Assembly: GCF_006345805.1 (NCBI RefSeq) | Contig: NW_021832251.1 | Span: forward strand, 1-49,322 | Origin: Octopus sinensis | Taxonomy: Eukaryota | Reading direction: 5' to 3' | DNA length: 49,322 nt | Shown: positions 11,377 through 23,913 of the stretch, piece by piece | How positions within the stretch are numbered: the first letter of the stretch is position 1 | How the letters are laid out: each line of letters opens with the position of its first letter | Notes under the pieces: generated by a model | Told to the model about the DNA's origin: nothing | The model's database searches: none | What the model saw: only the letters and a program-made list of their open reading frames with translations | Position numbers and translations under genes: made by a program

Positions 11377-11512
11377 GAATGTCACGCCCACTAAAGTACT
11401 AAGAACTATGCTTAGGTCATTGGGAAAACCAGAGGCATGCAATGGTCAGTTTGACCAATGAGTGGACACTACTGTTTGACCATCGTAGCGACACCAGATC
11501 TATACTAAAGCC
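11377..11512 (+). other. Conserved core module copy 2
   Basis: GGTCAGTTTGACC at 11444-11456; near-identical to the other cores. Confidence 0.95.
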
Positions 11513-11606
11513 TCGATACCAATACCAACCAAATAGTGACTATCAAAATTGTAGCAATGACCAAAAGGGTACTAATAAGTCTTTTAGTACTTTGACTGTA
11601 AAGTAA
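11442..11606 (+). CDS. Candidate 54-aa micropeptide or first coding exon (MVSLTNEWTLLFDHRSDTRSILKPRYQYQPNSDYQNCSNDQKGTNKSFSTLTVK)
   Basis: ATG in gcaATGg context; the stop TAA lies within a GTAAGA donor-like motif; variation among copies is biased to synonymous changes. No recognised homology. Confidence 0.3.
   Translation: MVSLTNEWTLLFDHRSDTRSILKPRYQYQPNSDYQNCSNDQKGTNKSFSTLTVK
11444..11460. promoter_or_regulatory. ERE-type inverted repeat GGTCAnnnTGACC overlapping a CCAAT box (representative; present in 12 cores)
   Basis: Exact match to the 13-bp core estrogen-response-element consensus, immediately followed by GACCAATGAG (NF-Y-like). Function not shown. Confidence 0.5.
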
Positions 11607-12250
11607 GAAAGAATTTCATAGTAGAAACACTAAATTCTTCATTACTAAGGAAACATCTGCTCCAAGAATGAATGGATAAATACCAATTCGGAACTAACAG
11701 CACACACGCACGCACACACACATCACACACACACACGTATGCACCACACACATCGTCACACAGAGTCAGGCACACACACACGTTCCAAACTGCTTCAGCA
11801 AATACTAAAGTAGGCGGCACCATTCCAGCACCACCTCCACCACCAGAGCGTCAACACGACAGTGACCACCGCCGCTACCATCACCAATACCATAAGAACA
11901 ACACCACCCATCACACCTCAGTGCACCGTATCCATCACCACAAGAACAACCACACCACCTCCACTACCACCACCACCACCACCATCGCCACCACCACTAG
12001 AATCACCACCGCCAGCTCTAACAATTTTCCTTATTAAGAAAAGCCTCCCGTTTCTGCAGATCTTCGTTAAATACAGAATTTTTTTCCTGTTTTATTCTTT
12101 TACTTGTTTCAGTAATTAGACTGTGGCCATGCTGGAGCAAAGCGTTGAAGAATTTTTAGTCGAATGAATCGACTCTATTACATTTGGTGTGTGTGCTTCC
12201 TGTTCTGTTAGCTTCTTTTGCCAAACCGGGATCAGTTAAACTGATTCACA

Positions 12251-13263
12251 AAATATGCGTTTTTTAAAAGACAGTAAAAAATCTGAAAATCGGCTATAAT
12301 AATATAGCTTTCCAGTCTAATTGCTATGAAGGTATGGTATTGTGGAGAAAAAAATTAGAAGGAAAATTTGCAGAGGTTTAAAACTCGAAAAAACTGTATT
12401 TTTAGCCATGAGTGAAGCAGAAATTTTTTACATTTAGCGGAGCAGTGTCAACTTTAAGGTTGTACCCTGTGAAATTTATAGTTTAGCTTCTGTGAAATGA
12501 CCTGTCCATAGTAGGCTTCTAAATAAACAGAAATACCTAATAAAATCAACACGTATCATCTTACTGTTTCTTTTGTCTCTTTAAAGATTGTAAGATTTTT
12601 ACTATTTTTTTGTATTTGTTCTATTAATATATTTGTCTGCATGTGTTTGCTTTATGCGTATTCAATATTATGTATACCTGTCAAGGATTTGTGTACATCG
12701 AGTGGCTGTGTGGCAAGTAGCTTGCTAAGGAACCGCATGGTTCCGGGTTCAGTCCCACTGCGTGGCACCTTGAGCAAGTGTCTTCTACTATAGCCTCGGG
12801 CTGACCAAAGCCTTGTGAGTGAATTTGGTAGACGGAAACTGAAAGAAGCCCGTCGTATATATCTATATATATGTGTGTCTGTGTTTGTCCCCAACATCGC
12901 TTGACAACTGATGCTGGTGTGTTTACATCCCCGTAACCTAGCGGTTCGGCAAAAGAGACCGATAGAATAAGTACTAGGCTTACAAAGAATAAGTCCTGAG
13001 GGTCGATTTCCTCGACTAAAAAGGCAGTGCTCCAGCATGGCCGCAGTCAAATGACTGAAACAGGTGAAAGAGTAAAAGAGACTATATAATTGCATGTGTT
13101 TGTGGGCGTGTGTGTTAAAAGAGGGGCGTCTGTCTCCAAAACTCCAAAGTTGAGTAACATTTTCATGCTTAGATTTGTAAACTACAATAAGAATAACACT
13201 GGTCAAGAAAGAATTTGTCCCAAGGTAAAGAATATTTGTATCTAATATGTTTTTGCATGCAGA
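12251..13263 (+). mobile_element. AT-rich DNA-element-like block, interrupted by a young SINE; second copy at 27729-28375
   Basis: Colinear similarity from AAATATGC..AATCGGCTATAAT to GTTTTTGCATGCAGA. Confidence 0.6.
12700..13080 (+). mobile_element. Young near-full-length major SINE
   Basis: Head to GTAAAAGAG tail; absent from the paralogous site near 28169. Confidence 0.9.
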
Positions 13264-13273
13264 GTTAAAAACT

Positions 13274-13409
13274 GCATGTCACGCCCACTGAAGTACTAAG
13301 AACTATACTATGGTCATTGGGAAAAACAGAGGCATGCAATGGTCAGTTTGACCAATGAGTGGACACTACTGTTTGACCACCGTAGCGACACCAGATCTAT
13401 ACTAAAGCC
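13274..13409 (+). other. Conserved core module copy 3
   Basis: Palindrome at 13341-13353; upstream flank replaced by the 12251-13263 element. Confidence 0.95.
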
Positions 13410-13617
13410 AAGATACCAATACCAACCAACCATACTGACTACCAAACTTGTAGAAATGACCAAAAGGATACTAATAAGTCTTTTAGTACTTTGACTGTAA
13501 AGTAAGAAAGAAGTTCATAGTAGAAAGAAACACTAAATTCTTCATTACTAAGGAAGAAACATCTGTTCCAAGAATGAATTGATAAAATACCAATTCGGAA
13601 ATAACAGCTCACACACA

Positions 13618-13658
<41 letters not shown>

Positions 13659-14739
13659 CACACAGAGTCAGGCACACACACACGTTCCAAACTGCTTCAG
13701 CAAATACTAAAGTAGGCGGCACCATTCCAGCACCACCTCCACCACCAGAGCGTCAACACGACAGTGACCACCACCACCATCGCCATCACCACCACTACCA
13801 CAAGAATACCATCCATCACCCCTGCCACAACCCAGTGCAACGTAAACACCAGCACCACCCTTCCCCCACACCACCACCCTTCCCCCATCACCACTGCTAG
13901 TTCTAACCATTTCTGTTAACAAAGAACTGCCGTTTCTGCAGATCTTCGTTAAATACAGAATTTTTTTAATCTTTTATTTTTTACAGTAAATCCACTGCGG
14001 CCATGCTGGGGCAGAGCCTTAAAGAATTTTCAGTCGAATGAATCGACCCTATTACTTTTAGTGTGTGTGTGCTAAGCCTAATTCTTGTTCTGTTACTTTT
14101 TTGCCAAACTGCTTTCTTTCAAGAACTTATACAAATTTCATAACTGGTAAGTTATGGGGACGTAAGTAAACCAACATCGGTTGTGAAGCGAAGTTGTGGG
14201 GACAAACAGACACACACACACACACACACATATATTATATATATGTATATACGACAGGCTTCTTTCAGTTTCCGTGTACCAAATCCAATCACAAGGCTTT
14301 CGTCGGCCCGAGACTATAGTAGAAAACAGTAACCCAAGGTGTCGCGCAGTGAGATGGAACCCGGAACCATGTTGTTGGGAAGCAAGCTACTTACCACACA
14401 GCCACTCATACGTGCGCGCGTGCGTCCCTGTCCATATATATGTGTGTGTGTGTGTGTGTGTGTTCTTGTCTTTGTAACCTGTGTTAGCGTGTTTACGTCT
14501 CCGTAACTTGGAGGTTCAACAAAAGTAAATGAAAGAATACGAACTAAGTTTAACACTAAAAAACTACTGGGGTTGATTAATGTGACTAAAAGCTGTTGAA
14601 GGTGCTGCCCCAGCATGGCCGCAGTCTAATGACAGAAACGAAAAGAAAGAACGAAAATTATTCCAATCTACTCCCTCCAGAAACTAGTGATACCAAATCT
14701 CAGTTAAAAGTTTCTCCTTTTTATTTGTATTTTCAACTG

Positions 14740-14875
14740 GAGTGTCACGCCCACTGAAGTACTAAGAACTGTGCTAAGGTCATTGGGAAAACCAGAGGCA
14801 TGCAATGGTCAGTTTGACCAATGAGTGGACACTACTGTTTGACCACCGTAGCGACACCAGATCTATACTAAAGCC
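14740..14875 (+). other. Conserved core module copy 4
   Basis: Palindrome at 14807-14819. Confidence 0.95.
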
Positions 14876-15839
14876 TCGATACCAACCAAAGAGTGACTAC
14901 CAAAATTGTACCAACAACCAAAAGATACCAATACCAACCAAATGCTGACTACCAAAATTGTAGCACTGACCAAAAGGTTACTAATAAGTCTTTTAGTACT
15001 TTGACTGAAAGAATTTCATAGTAGAAACACTAAATTCTTCATCGTTCTTCTGCTACAAGAATGAATGGATACCAATCCAGAACTAACAGTACACACCACA
15101 CACACACATCACACAGAGTCAGTCACACACACGCGTTCCAAACTGCTTCAGTAGGCGGCACCGTTCCAGCATCACCTCCACCACCCAAACTTCAACACGA
15201 CACCGACCACTACCATCAGCACCATTACCACTATCATATGAACACCACCCACTACTCCCGCCACACCTCAGCGCACCGTATCCATCACCACCTCCACCAC
15301 CACCTCCACCATCACCACCACTACAACAACAACAACAACAACCACCACCACCACAACCACCAGAGTCACCACCGCCATCTCAAACCACTTCTGTTGTTAA
15401 CAACAGCTTCCCTTTTGTGCAGGTCTCCATTAAATACAGAATTGTTTTTCCCTTTTATTTTATTTTTTTACATAATACACGAGGCCACAAATTAGAATTG
15501 AACCCGGATCCATATCGTTGAGAAGCGAGCTTCTTACCACACAGCCACCACGCCTGCACATAAAAGAATACCCTTTAAGAATTATCACAGTGACGTCATG
15601 ATGTGAGGGCTTGAAAACTGGGTCATTAGGTATGTGTGAGTGTGTGTGTATGTATGTGTGAGTGTGCGTGTATCATTCTGTTTTTGTCTTTCTTCCACAA
15701 CAACTTGACGGCCTGTGTTAGTGTGTTTACGTCCTCGAAACTTGGATGTTAAAAAAATACTTCCAATCTACTCCCTCGAGAAACTAGTGTTACCAAATCT
15801 CAGTTAAAAGTCTCTCCCTTTCTATTTTATTTTCAACTG

Positions 15840-15974
15840 GAATGTCACGCCCACTAAAGTACTAAAAACTTATGCTATGGTCATTGGGAAAACCAGAGGC
15901 ATGCAATGGTCAGTTTGACCAACGAGTGGACATTACTGTTTGACCATCCTAGCGACAACAGATCTATACTAAAA
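15840..15974 (+). other. Conserved core module copy 5
   Basis: Palindrome at 15908-15920; four private substitutions in the centre and a deletion at the 3' end. Confidence 0.95.
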
Positions 15975-16953
15975 CTGACTACCAAAATTGTACCAACAAC
16001 CAAAAGACACCAATACCAACCAAATACTGACTACCAAAATTGTAGCAATGACCAAAAGGATACTAACTAACAAGTCTTTTAGTACTTTGACTGAAAGAAT
16101 TTCATAGTAGAAACACTAAATTCTTCATCGCTCTTCTGTTATAAGAATGAATAGATACCAATTCGGAACTAACAGTACACACACACGTACACATACACAC
16201 ACACATCACACAGTGAGGCAGGCACACACGCGTTCCAAACTGCTTCAGTAGGCGGCACCGTTCCAGCACCATATCCACCGCCCAACCTTCAACACGACAC
16301 CGATTGCCACCACTACCACATGAACCCCACCCATAACCTCCGCCACACCTCAGTGCACCGTATCCATCACCACCTCCACCACCCCACCACAACCACCACC
16401 ACCTCCACCACCACCACCCTAACCACTTCTGTTGTTAACAACAGCCTCCCTTTTTGCAGGTCTCCCTTAAATACAGAATTGCTTTTCACTCATAAAAGTT
16501 CTTTTTTATTCTACCAACATGCTTCCTACCTGAATGGTTACGGGTTCAGTCACACTGATTGGCACCTTCGGCAAGTATCTCGAGTCAACCAAAACCTTCC
16601 GAGTAGAGAATAAGATTTGATAGAGAGAAACTGAAACAAGATTGTCGTAATTATGTATGTATGTATATATATATATATATATATTATAAGTGTAGGTGGT
16701 ATACGAGTGGGTATATATTTATAAAAAAGAAGTTTGAAAACGCCATTACATAAGATAAAATTTAATTTTCTTAGAGATTTTACATGTTTCGGTTCTTCTT
16801 GAAAAAAAACGAACCTTATCGAAAATATTTCAAAAAGTTAAGTGTAATAAAAAAGTTCATAATTGTTTCTTACTGGTCTCAACATAATCCACGTGATTGT
16901 TTTTAACTGTATTATGTGTTCGAATGACCAGTGGTTGAAATGGTAGTTATATA

Positions 16954-16991
<38 letters not shown>

Positions 16992-17477
16992 TATATAATA
17001 TATATTAATATATATAAATATATGTATGATTATATATTATGTATGTATGTATGTATGTATGAATGTATGTATGTATGTATGTATGTATGTATGTAGTATT
17101 TATGGTGTATGTATGCAATGTACGCTCGCGCGTGTGGTCTATATCGGAGTGTACGTGCGTGTATGTGTGAGTTTGTGTGTCATTCTGTTTTTGCTTTTTT
17201 TCCACAACCACTTGACGGCCTGTGTTAGTGTGTTTTCGTCCCCGTAACATAGAGGTTCGGCAAATGTAAATGACAGAATACGAACCAGGTTTAACACTAA
17301 AAAAGTACTGGAGTTGATTAATTTGACTTAAATCTGTTTAAGGTACTGCCCCAGCAAGGCCGCAGCCTAATGACAGAAATGAAAAGAAAGAACGAAAAGT
17401 ATTGCAATCTACTCCCTCGAGAAACTAGTGCTACCAAATCTCGGTTAAAAGTCTCTCCTTATTTCTGCTTTCAACTG

Positions 17478-17613
17478 GAATGTCACGCCCACTAAAGTAC
17501 TAAGAACTGTGCTTAGGTCATTGGGAAAACCAGAGGCATGCAATGGTCAGTTTGACCAATGAGTGGACACTACTGTTTGACCATCGTAGCGACACCAGAT
17601 CGATACTAAAGCC
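17478..17613 (+). other. Conserved core module copy 6
   Basis: Palindrome at 17545-17557. Confidence 0.95.
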
Positions 17614-17827
17614 AAGATACCAATACCAACCAACCATACTGACTACCAAACTTGTAGAAATGACCAAAAGGATACTAATAAGTCTTTTAGTACTTTGACT
17701 GAAAAGTAAGAAAGAATTTCATAGTAGAAAGAAATACTAAATTCTTGATCGCTCTTCTGCTATAAGAATGGATACCAGTCCGGAACTAACAGTGCACACA
17801 CACACACACACATACACACACACACAC

Positions 17828-17897
<70 letters not shown>

Positions 17898-19068
17898 CAC
17901 AAACGTTCCAAACTGTTTCAGCAAATTCTAAAGAATCACCTCCACCACCCAAACTTCAACACGACACCGACTACCACCGTCACCACCACTACCACTACCA
18001 TATAAACACCACGCACCACCCCGCTCCACCTAAGCGCACCGTACGCACCACCACCACCACAACCACCAGAGTCACCACCGCCAGCTCTAACCACTTCTGT
18101 TGTTAACAACAGCCTCCCCCTTTTGTGCAGGTCTCCCTTAAATACAGAATTGCTTTTCACTTTTATTTTATTTCTTTACATAATACAAGAGGACACAGGA
18201 GCCACAAATTAGAATTGAACTCGGATCCATGTCATTGAGAAGCAAGCTTCTTACCACAAAGCCACGCTTGCACCTAAAATAATCCCCTTTAAGAATTATC
18301 ACAGTGACGTCATGACGTGATGGCTTGAAAACTGGGTCATTTGGTGCATAAAATTTGGATGGAACCTAAAAAAAACCCATAAAAGTTTTCTAATTCTATG
18401 AACTTGCTTCCCATCTGAATGGTTACGGGTTCAGTCGCACTGATTGGCACCTTCGGCAAGTATCTCGAGACAAACAAAACCTTTCGAGTAGAGAATAGAT
18501 TTGATAGACAGAAACTGAAACAGATTGTCGTAAATATGTATAAATATATATTATATATATATATATATATATAGATATATATATATATATATTATATTGT
18601 GTGTGTGTGTGTGTGGTGTGTGTGTGTGGGTGTGTGTATGTATAGAGTATGTATGTATGTATGTATGTAGTATGTGTGTGTATGTATGCAATGTCCGTAT
18701 AGATATACGCGCTCGTGCGTGTGGTCCATATCCGAGTGTACGTGCGTGTATGTATATGTATGAATATGTGTCGTTCTGTTTTTGTTATTCTTCCACAACC
18801 ACTTGACGGCCTGTGTTAGTGTGTTTACGTCCCGTAACTTAGAGGTTCGGCAAATGTAAATGACAGAATACGAACCAGGTTTAACACTAAAAAAACTACT
18901 GGGGTCGATTAATTTGACTTAAATCTGTTCAAGATACTACCCCAGCAAGGCCGCAGCCTAATGACAGAAATGAAAAGAAAGAACGAAAAGTATTGCAATC
19001 TACTCCCTCGAGAAACTAGTGCTACCAAATCTCGGTTAAAAGTCTCTCCTTATTTCTGTTTTCAACTG

Positions 19069-19204
19069 GAATGTCACGCCCACTGAAGTACTAAGAACTG
19101 TGCTTAGGTCATTGGGAAAACCAGAGGCATGCAATGGTCAGTTTGACCAATGAGTGGACACTACTGTTTGACCATCGTAGCGACACCAGATCGATACTAA
19201 AGCC
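19069..19204 (+). other. Conserved core module copy 7
   Basis: Palindrome at 19136-19148. Confidence 0.95.
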
Positions 19205-20536
19205 AAGATACCAACCAAATACTGACTACCAAAATTGTAGCAATGACCAAAAGGATACTAAATAAGTCTTTTAGTACTTTGACTGAAAAGTAAGAAAGAA
19301 TTTCATAGTAGAAAGAAACCCTAAATTCTTCATTACTAAGGAAGAAACATCTGCTCCAAGAATGAATGGATAAAATACCAATTCGGAACTAACAGCACAC
19401 ACGCACGCACACACACACACACACACACGTACACACACACGTACACACACACACACACATTACACAGAGGCAGGCACACACACGTTCCAAACTGCTTCAG
19501 CAAATACTAAAGTAGGCGGCACCATTCCAGCACCACCTCCACCACCAGAGCGTCAACACGACAGTGACAACCACCACCACCACCATCACCACTATCATAA
19601 GAACAACACCACCCATCACACCTCAGTGCACCGTATCCACCACCACCACCACCACCACCACTACCACCACCAACACCAGAGTCACCATCCCCACTTTTAA
19701 CCACTTCTGTTGTTAACAACAGCCTCCCTTTTGTGCAGGTCTCCCTTAAATACAGAATTGCTTTTCACTTTTATTTTATTTTATTTTTACATAATACAAG
19801 AGGACACAGGAGCCACAAATTGGAATTGAACCCGGATCTATGTCGTTGAGAAGCAAGCTTCTTACCACACAGCCACGTTTGCACCTAAAAGAATCCCCTT
19901 TAAGAATTATCACAGTGACGTCATGATGTGAGGGCTTGAAAACTGGTTCATTAAGGTGCATCAAATTTGGATGAAACCTAAAAAAAACCTTCATAAAAGT
20001 TTTTTAATACCATCAACATACTTCTGGCCTGAATGGATACGGGTTCAGTCACACTGATTGGCACCTTCAGCAAGTATCTCGAGCCCACCAAAACCTTCCG
20101 AGTGGAGAATAGATTTGATAGACAGAAACTGAAACAAGATTGTCGTAAATATGTATGTATGTATGTATGTGTATGTATGTATGTATGTATGTATGTGTAT
20201 GTATGTATGTATGTATGTATATATATATATATTTATAATAAGTGTAGATCGTATACGAGTGGGTATATATTTATAAAAAAAGAAGTTTGAAAACGCCACT
20301 ATGTAAGTTAATTTTAATTTTCTTAGAAATTTTACATGTTTCGGTTCTTCTTGAAAAAACGAACCTTATCAAAATATTTTTAAAAGTTAAATGTAATAAA
20401 AAAGTTCATAATTGTTTCTTACTACTCTCAACAGAGTCCACGTGGTTGGTTTTTTTAGCTGTCTTATGTATCCGAATGACCAGGCTGAAGCGTGATAATA
20501 TATTAATATATATTTATATTATATATATATATATAG

Positions 20537-20594
<58 letters not shown>

Positions 20595-20963
20595 GTGTGT
20601 GTGTATGTATGTATATATGTATGTATGTATGTATGAATGTATGTATGTATGTATGTATGTATGTATGTATGCAATGTACGTATAGATATACTCGCTCGCA
20701 CGTGCGGTCCACGTCCGTGTGTACGTGTACGCGTGTGTGCGTGCGTGTATGTGTGAGTCTGTGTGTATGTGTGTGTGTGTGTATGTATGAGTGTCTGTGG
20801 CATTCTGTTTTTGTTTTTCTTCCACAACCACTTGACGGCCTGTGTTAGTGTGTTTACGTTCCCGTAACTTGGATGTTCGAAAAATACTTCCAATCTACTC
20901 CCTCGAGAAACTAGAGCTACCAAATCTCAGTTAAAAGTCTCTCCTTATTTCTTTTTTGAACTG

Positions 20964-21099
20964 GAATGTCACGCCCACTAAAGTACTAAGAACTATGCTA
21001 AGGTCATTGGGAAAACCAGAGGCATGCAATGGTCAGTTTGACCAATGAGTGGACACTACTGTTTGACCACCGTAGCGACACCAGATCTATACTAAAGCC
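20964..21099 (+). other. Conserved core module copy 8
   Basis: Palindrome at 21031-21043. Confidence 0.95.
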
Positions 21100-21309
21100 A
21101 AGATACCAATACCAACCAAACAGTGACTACCAAAATTGTAGCAATGACCAAAAGGATACTAAGTCTTTTAGTACTTTTACTGAAAAGTAAGAAAGAATTT
21201 CATAGTAGAAACACTAAATTCTTCATTACTAAGGAAGAAACATCTGCTCCAAGAATGAATGGATAAAATACCAATTCGGAACTAACAACACACACACACA
21301 CACACACAC

Positions 21310-21350
<41 letters not shown>

Positions 21351-22032
21351 CACACAGAGGCAGGCACACACACGTTCCAAACTGCTTCAGCAAATACTAA
21401 AGTAGGCGGCACCATTCCAGCACCACCTCCACCACCAGAGCGTCAACACGACAGTGACAACCACCACCACCACCACCACCACCATCACCACTACCATAAG
21501 AACAACACCACCCATCACACCTCAGTGCACCGTATCCATCACCACCACCACCACCACCACCACCAGAGTCACCACCGCCAGCTCTAACCACTTCTGTTGT
21601 TAACAACAGCCTCCCTTTTGTGCAGGTCTCCCTTAAATACAGAATTGCTTTTCACTTTTATTTTTATTTTTTTACATAATACAAGAGGACACAGGAGCCA
21701 CAAATTGGAATTGAACCCGGATCTGTGTCGTTAAGAAACAAGCTTCTTACCACACAGCCACGCTTCCGCCTAAAAGAATCCCCTTTAAGAATTATCACAG
21801 TGACGTTATGACGTGATGGCTTGAAAACTGGGTCATTTGGTGCATAAAATTGGATGAAACCTAAAAAAAAAACCTCATAAAAGTTTTTTAATTCTATCAA
21901 CTTGCTTCCCAACTGAATGGTTATGGTTTCAGTCTCACTGATTGGCACCTTCAGCAAGTATCTCGAGCTCACCAAAACCTTCCGAGTAGAGAATAGATTT
22001 GATAGACAGAAACTGAAACAAGATTGTCGTAA

Positions 22033-22096
<64 letters not shown>

Positions 22097-22352
22097 ATGT
22101 ATAGATATACGCACTCGCGCGTGTGGTCCACATCCGAGTGTACGCGTACGCGTGTGTACGTGCGTGTTTGTGTGAGTGTGTGTATGTCATTCTGTTTTTG
22201 TTTTTCTTCCACAACCACTTGACGGCCTGTGTTAGTGTGTTTACGTCTCCGAAACTTGGATGTTCGAAAACACTTCCAATCTACTCCCTCGAAAAACTAG
22301 TGTTACCAAATCTCAGTTAAAAGTCTCTCCCTTTCATTTGTATTTTCAACTG

Positions 22353-22488
22353 GAGTGTCACGCCCACTAAAGTACTAAGAACTATGCTAAGGTCATTGGG
22401 AAAACCAGAGGCATGCAATGGTCAGTTTGACCAATGAGTGGACACTACTGTTTGACCATCGTAGCGACACCAGATCTATACTAAAGCC
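22353..22488 (+). other. Conserved core module copy 9
   Basis: Palindrome at 22420-22432. Confidence 0.95.
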
Positions 22489-22685
22489 AAGATACCAATA
22501 CCAACCAAATACTGACTACCAAAATTGTACCAACAACCAAAATGATACTAATAGTCTTTTAGTACTTTGACTGTAAAGTAAGAAAGAATTTCATAGTAGA
22601 ACACTAAATTCTTCATTACTAAGAAAACATCTGCTCCAAGAATGAATGGATAAAATACCAATTCGGAACTAACAGCACACACACA

Positions 22686-22736
<51 letters not shown>

Positions 22737-22737
22737 G

Positions 22738-22784
<47 letters not shown>

Positions 22785-23913
22785 GCACGCACACACATCA
22801 CATAGAGGCAGGCACACACACGTTCCAAACTGCTTCTGCAAATACTAAAGTAGGCGGCACCATTCCAGCACCACCTCCACCACCAGAGCGTCAACACGAC
22901 AGTGACCGCCGCCGCTACCATCACCAATACCATAAGAACAACACCACCCATCACCCCCGCCACACCTCAGAGCACCGTGTCCATCTCCACAAGGACAACA
23001 TCACCCACCACCTCCACCACCAACACCAACACCAGAATCACCACCGCCAGCCCTGACCATTTTCTCTTATTAACAAAAGCCTCCCGTTTCTGCAGATCTT
23101 CGTTAAATACAGAATTTTTTTCCTGTTTTATCCTGTTACTTGTTTCAGTAATTAGACTGTGGCCATGCTGGAGCAGAGCCTTAAAGAAATTCTAGTGGAA
23201 TAAATAGACCCTATTCCTTTTGTTTGTGTGTGTGTGCTACTTATTAAGCCTGGTTCCTATTCTGTCAGCCTCTTTTGCCAAACCGCTTCTTTACAGGGAT
23301 ATAAACCCGCCAACACCGATTGTCATGTTGCTATGGGGGATAACACAGACACAAAGACACACAAACACACACAGAATATATAGATATGTATATATATATA
23401 TATATTATATATATATATATATATATTCACGACAATCGTCTTTCCGTTTTCGTTTACCAAATCCACTTAGAAGGTTTTGGTTGGCTCCAGGCTATAGTAG
23501 AAGGCACACGTCAAAGAAGCCACAAATTGGGATTGAACCAGGATCCTAGCCGTTGGGAAGTAAGCTTCTTACCACACAGCCACAACCGGAACCCATGGGA
23601 ATAGATTATTTTAACAATGGACTTAGAATGACGTTATAACTTGAAAACCTGGAAACTGGGTCACATGGTGCATAAAAATTGAATAAAACCTCGAAAAATA
23701 AAAAAAAACACTTAAAACTTTTTAATGTTATCAACTTCTCAACAAAGTGGTTACGGGTTCAGTCCCAGTGTTCGGAACCTTCGGCAAATATCTCCTTTTA
23801 TAGACCCGAGCCGATCAAATCTTTCCAAGTGGAGAGTGGATTTGATAGACGGAAACTGAAAGAAACTTGTCATATATATACATACATACATACACACACA
23901 TATATATATATAT

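Noticed and set aside
11377-11420. 5S rRNA-like segment on the minus strand (CTAAGCA..TTAGTACTT..TGGG)
   Set aside because: Only short patches match, spacing is wrong, and this is the more variable part of the core.
11430-11500. Core as a pre-miRNA hairpin
   Set aside because: The best long fold has a large asymmetric internal loop (2 vs 7 nt); not a canonical Drosha/Dicer substrate.
11501-11510. TATA box (TATACTAAAG) at the core 3' end
   Set aside because: Poor consensus match, and altered in copies 1, 6 and 7.
13707-21606. Recurrent Gly-rich minus-strand ORFs ending HCRVDALVVEVVLEWCRLL
   Set aside because: Non-ATG starts, frames differ between units, and they derive from the GGT-rich tract.
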